From an uncultured Ignavibacterium sp. (GTDB lineage Bacteria; Bacteroidota; Ignavibacteria; Ignavibacteriales; Ignavibacteriaceae): a DNA stretch of 64,000 nt. Below are positions 60,446 through 64,000 of this stretch, one piece after another. The stretch is taken from contig CALHAB010000040.1 of assembly GCA_937934185.1 (NCBI GenBank), forward strand, positions 14,174 through 78,173, written 5' to 3'. The position numbers and the translations under genes were made by a program. Under the pieces are notes generated by a model. It was not told the origin of the DNA. It saw only the letters and a list, made by a program, of their open reading frames with translations, and did no database searches. Position 1 is the stretch's first letter, and every line of letters starts with the position of its first letter.

Positions 60446-62253
60446 ACGCAGTTAACTTTGCATCAGTAAGCAGAAAGTCAATCCTATACAGTATTATCGT
60501 ACTAATATTTGCTGTCTTCTCTGTGCGTCTGTTTCAGATGCAGATAATTAATCATGAAATTTATGATGAAAAATCTGCAGGCAACAGTATTAAACCGATT
60601 GAACAAATCCCACTACGCGGTGTTTTTTATGACAGAAATATGAATGTTCTGGTTGATAATATTCCTGCATATACACTTCGTATAACTCCTGCCGACTATG
60701 ATACAAGTCTGAATAAAATTCTGGATAAAGTTCTTGGAGTTAATCCCGGATATGTTGCAAGCATATTGAAACGGAATCAGATTTATTCCAAATATATTCC
60801 AATCAGAATAAGAAGAGGTATTGATTTCAGCATTGTATCATGGCTCGAAGAAAATTCTGAGTTTCTACCCGGTGTTGATTACATTGTTGAAATGCAAAGA
60901 GGTTATCCCTTTGGTGTTATGGGCTCACATCTTTTCGGATACACTAAAGAAGTTTCTGCACAACAACTGGAGAAAGAGAAAGATTATTATCGTCCCGGCG
61001 ATTATGTAGGACATAACGGAATTGAGAAACAATACGAAAAAGATTTACGAGGCGAAAAAGGTTTTCATTATGTACTGGTGGATTCGCGAAGAAGAGAAAT
61101 CGGCAGATATAAAGATGGTGCAAATGATAAAGAGTCAATTAAGGGCCGTGATTTGATTTTATCTATTGATGGCGATGTTCAAAAAGTTGCTGAAGAAGAA
61201 TTGAAAGGTAAGAGAGGTGCTGTTGTTGCGATTGAACCATCAACAGGAGAGATACTCGCGTTGGTAAGCGCACCTGAATACGATTTGAATCAGTTCTCTT
61301 ACATAACATCAAAAGACTTTTTGCAGGAACTTTATTCTGATCCAGATAAACCTTTATTCAATCGTGCAACAATGTCTTTGAAACCACCCGGATCAACTTT
61401 CAAAGTTCTTGCTGCAATCGCTGCACTTGATTTGGGCGTGATTGATATGAACACTACAATTTACTGCGGTGGCGGATTTACTTTCGGCAGATTTTTCAAA
61501 TGTCACGGTTCACACGGCTCAGTAAATGTTATTCACGCAATAGAAAAATCCTGTAATACATTTTTCTATAATCTGATATATAAAATCGGACTTGACAGAT
61601 GGAAAGAGTACGCAACAAAATTTGGTTTCAATCATAAAACAGGAATTGATATTGGTGAAGAAGCGGCAGGATTTATTCCGGATGAATCTTATTATAAAAA
61701 ACTTTATGGTGACAACTGGCCAAGAAGTATTATGGCAAGTTTAGGCATTGGCCAGGGTGAGGTGAGTGTTACTCCGCTGCAATTGGCAAAGTATGTTGCT
61801 TTAATTGCAAATGACGGTAAATCTTTTCAACCTCATATAGTTAAAGGTTACCTGGATAATAAAACCGGTGAGATGATTCCTTTCAGATTTGATGAAATTG
61901 ACCTGAAAATTAAAAAAGAAGTTTTTGATATTGTTAAACAAGGTATGTTTTTGGTTGTTCAGGGTGCAGGCACAGCAACACATTTAAGAAATCCTGATTA
62001 TCATATTTCCGGTAAAACAGGAACTGCGCAGAATCCGCACGGAAAAGATCACGCATTTTTCATTGGATTTGCTCCATCCGAAAATCCAAAGATTGCTGTT
62101 GCAGTTGTTGTGGAAAATATTGGTTTTGGCGGAACACATGCAGCTCCAATTGCAAAGAAAATGATGGATGCTTATTTATTAAAAGATAAAATGAAAATTA
62201 AAAAACCAAAGATTGAACAACCTGTAATTGCCGGAGCACAAATTGAGGATTGA
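60442..62253 (+). CDS. mrdA: Penicillin-binding protein 2
   Basis: RGVFYDRN, PGSTFK (SxxK), SCN (SxN) and KTGTAQ motifs. Confidence 0.96.
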   Translation: MNAVNFASVSRKSILYSIIVLIFAVFSVRLFQMQIINHEIYDEKSAGNSIKPIEQIPLRGVFYDRNMNVLVDNIPAYTLRITPADYDTSLNKILDKVLGVNPGYVASILKRNQIYSKYIPIRIRRGIDFSIVSWLEENSEFLPGVDYIVEMQRGYPFGVMGSHLFGYTKEVSAQQLEKEKDYYRPGDYVGHNGIEKQYEKDLRGEKGFHYVLVDSRRREIGRYKDGANDKESIKGRDLILSIDGDVQKVAEEELKGKRGAVVAIEPSTGEILALVSAPEYDLNQFSYITSKDFLQELYSDPDKPLFNRATMSLKPPGSTFKVLAAIAALDLGVIDMNTTIYCGGGFTFGRFFKCHGSHGSVNVIHAIEKSCNTFFYNLIYKIGLDRWKEYATKFGFNHKTGIDIGEEAAGFIPDESYYKKLYGDNWPRSIMASLGIGQGEVSVTPLQLAKYVALIANDGKSFQPHIVKGYLDNKTGEMIPFRFDEIDLKIKKEVFDIVKQGMFLVVQGAGTATHLRNPDYHISGKTGTAQNPHGKDHAFFIGFAPSENPKIAVAVVVENIGFGGTHAAPIAKKMMDAYLLKDKMKIKKPKIEQPVIAGAQIED

Positions 62254-63472
62254 TTATAAAATATCAGATAAGTTCGACTTTAAAATTTTTATTCCGGTTT
62301 TAATTCTTAATGCAATCGGATTAGCCGCTATCTATAGTGCTACTTTGAATAATCCGCTAGCAACAGGAAATTTTGATAAACAACTTCTTTTTACAGTTCT
62401 TGGATATATCGCATTCTTCATCACTTATGCTTTGCCAACAAATACGATAAAATTCATTTCAATTCCGACTTATCTAATTTCACTTGCGTTTTTAGTCGTT
62501 GTGTTGGTTATCGGGAAAAAAGTTTCAGGTGCTAAAAGCTGGCTGGGACTTGGATCATTTGGATTCCAACCATCTGAGTTTGCTAAAATCGGAACGATAC
62601 TTTTACTGGCAAATTTTCTTACCAGGTTGAACAACAATATTGATTCATTCAAAGATATATTGATTGCATTGGCAATCGGATTTATTCCAATTGGTTTAAT
62701 TCTTCTCGAACCTGATATGGGAACATCGATAATATTCTTTTCTTTTATTCTGATAGTGCTGTTCTGGAAAGGAATAAGTTTACTCGGTTTGTTTGTGGTT
62801 CTCTCGCCGGGGTTTGTTGCTGTTGCTTCTTTATTTGGTTCGATTCCGTTTATTGCTTCACTTGTAATAGTTGTGGTTGTTTTGTTTTTCTTCAAGAGAG
62901 ACTTATTCTTTAATGGCTCCGTATTCGCAATAAATCTTGCAGCAGGATTTTTTACGGATAATCTTTACAATGCATTGAGTCCGCATCAACAGGCAAGAAT
63001 AAAATCTTTTATTGATCCAATGAGTGATCCTTTGGGTTCAGGTTACAATTCTATTCAGGCGATGGTTGCAATCGGAAGCGGAGGGATTTTTGGCAAAGGT
63101 TATCTGCGGGGAAATCAAACTCAGCTTCAATATATCCCTGAGCAATGGACTGATTTCATTTATTGTGCGATTGGTGAGGAGTTCGGATTCATTGGAGCAA
63201 TGATTGTACTTTCTCTGTTTCTAATAATATTTCTGAGACTTCTTAATATTGCTTCATCAACAAAAGATGAATTTTTAAGTCTTGTTATAATTGGAATTTT
63301 TGGTGTGTATTTCACACACTTCTTGATAAATGTGGGAATGGTAATAGGCATACTTCCGATTATAGGAGTTCCACTTCCATTCGTCAGTTACGGAGGAAGT
63401 TCATTCCTTCTGAATATGTTTATGCTGGGATTAGTGCTTAATATCTATCGTACAAGAAAAAATTATGCTTAG
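62243..63472 (+). CDS. rodA: Rod shape-determining protein RodA (SEDS)
   Basis: QPSEFAK, PDMGT, PEQWTDFI and PLPFVSYGGSS motifs. Start placed at TTG 62243 with a GGAG SD. Confidence 0.95.
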   Translation: MRIDYKISDKFDFKIFIPVLILNAIGLAAIYSATLNNPLATGNFDKQLLFTVLGYIAFFITYALPTNTIKFISIPTYLISLAFLVVVLVIGKKVSGAKSWLGLGSFGFQPSEFAKIGTILLLANFLTRLNNNIDSFKDILIALAIGFIPIGLILLEPDMGTSIIFFSFILIVLFWKGISLLGLFVVLSPGFVAVASLFGSIPFIASLVIVVVVLFFFKRDLFFNGSVFAINLAAGFFTDNLYNALSPHQQARIKSFIDPMSDPLGSGYNSIQAMVAIGSGGIFGKGYLRGNQTQLQYIPEQWTDFIYCAIGEEFGFIGAMIVLSLFLIIFLRLLNIASSTKDEFLSLVIIGIFGVYFTHFLINVGMVIGILPIIGVPLPFVSYGGSSFLLNMFMLGLVLNIYRTRKNYA

Positions 63473-63475
63473 AGT

Positions 63476-64000
63476 ATGAAAGCTTTAGAAAAGTTATTAA
63501 GCAAGAATGAAGAGTTAAAGTTTGTTTGTGTTGGATTAGATACCGATTTAAATAAAATTCCTGAACATTTGATTAAAGAAGAAGAACCGCTATTAGCATT
63601 TAATAAAAGTATTATTGATGCAACGAAAAATTTTGCGGCTGCATACAAAATAAATTTTGCTTTTTACGAAGCTCTTGGTTCCCAAGGTTTTGAGCTGATC
63701 AAAAAAACTTTAGAACTTATTCCTGATGACATTTTGACTATTGCAGATGCTAAACGCGGTGATATTGGAAATACTTCGGAGATGTATGCTAAATCAGTTT
63801 TTGAACATTTCGGTTTCGATTCTATAACACTTCATCCGTATATGGGCAAAGACTCAATCCAACCTTTTCTCAACTACTCAGACAAATTAAATTTTATTCT
63901 CGCATTAACATCCAATCAAAGTTCAGTTGATTTTGAAAAACAAATCCTCAGCGATGGAACATTCCTCTATCAAAAAATAATCAGTTCAGTTAATCAATGG
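63476..64000 (+). CDS. pyrF: Orotidine 5'-phosphate decarboxylase (3'-truncated by the window)
   Basis: Hand translation MKALEKLL...VCVGLDTD...AAYKINFAFYE...IADAKRGDIGNT...HPYMG; runs off the window end. Confidence 0.93.
   Translation, partial: MKALEKLLSKNEELKFVCVGLDTDLNKIPEHLIKEEEPLLAFNKSIIDATKNFAAAYKINFAFYEALGSQGFELIKKTLELIPDDILTIADAKRGDIGNTSEMYAKSVFEHFGFDSITLHPYMGKDSIQPFLNYSDKLNFILALTSNQSSVDFEKQILSDGTFLYQKIISSVNQW

Noticed and set aside
55951-63472. purN-purH joined to mreBCD-mrdA-rodA as a novel linkage
   Set aside because: purH-mreB adjacency is, to my knowledge, common in the Bacteroidota/Chlorobi group, so this is ordinary synteny.

Overview
This AT-rich, gene-dense bacterial chromosome segment has the gene content and order of an Ignavibacteria/Chlorobi-Bacteroidota (FCB) organism; the taxonomy is inferred, not searched. 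It is mostly housekeeping: pstSCAB-phoU, kdsA-kdsD-lptCAB, feoAB-fur, asnS-nuoJKLMN, nnr, tonB, nusB, pyrG, purNH, mreBCD-mrdA-rodA and a partial pyrF. I saw no rRNA, tRNA, CRISPR array or mobile element. The ORF track missed ribosomal protein bTHX (508-624), about 205 N-terminal codons of pstC (which lacks a canonical start codon) and pyrF. The best candidate for an undescribed system is a two-gene unit at 28374-31597 behind a correctly spaced sigma54-type promoter and two palindromes. It encodes a small protein with a possible RNase-H/EndoV-like fold and an 895-aa SNF2-like ATPase plus Mrr-like nuclease fusion whose catalytic motifs appear decayed. A second candidate is a sodium:solute symporter with a double-psi-barrel-like tail, preceded by two tandem paralogous small membrane proteins and followed by a YhcH gene. 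All family calls come from motif recognition by eye.
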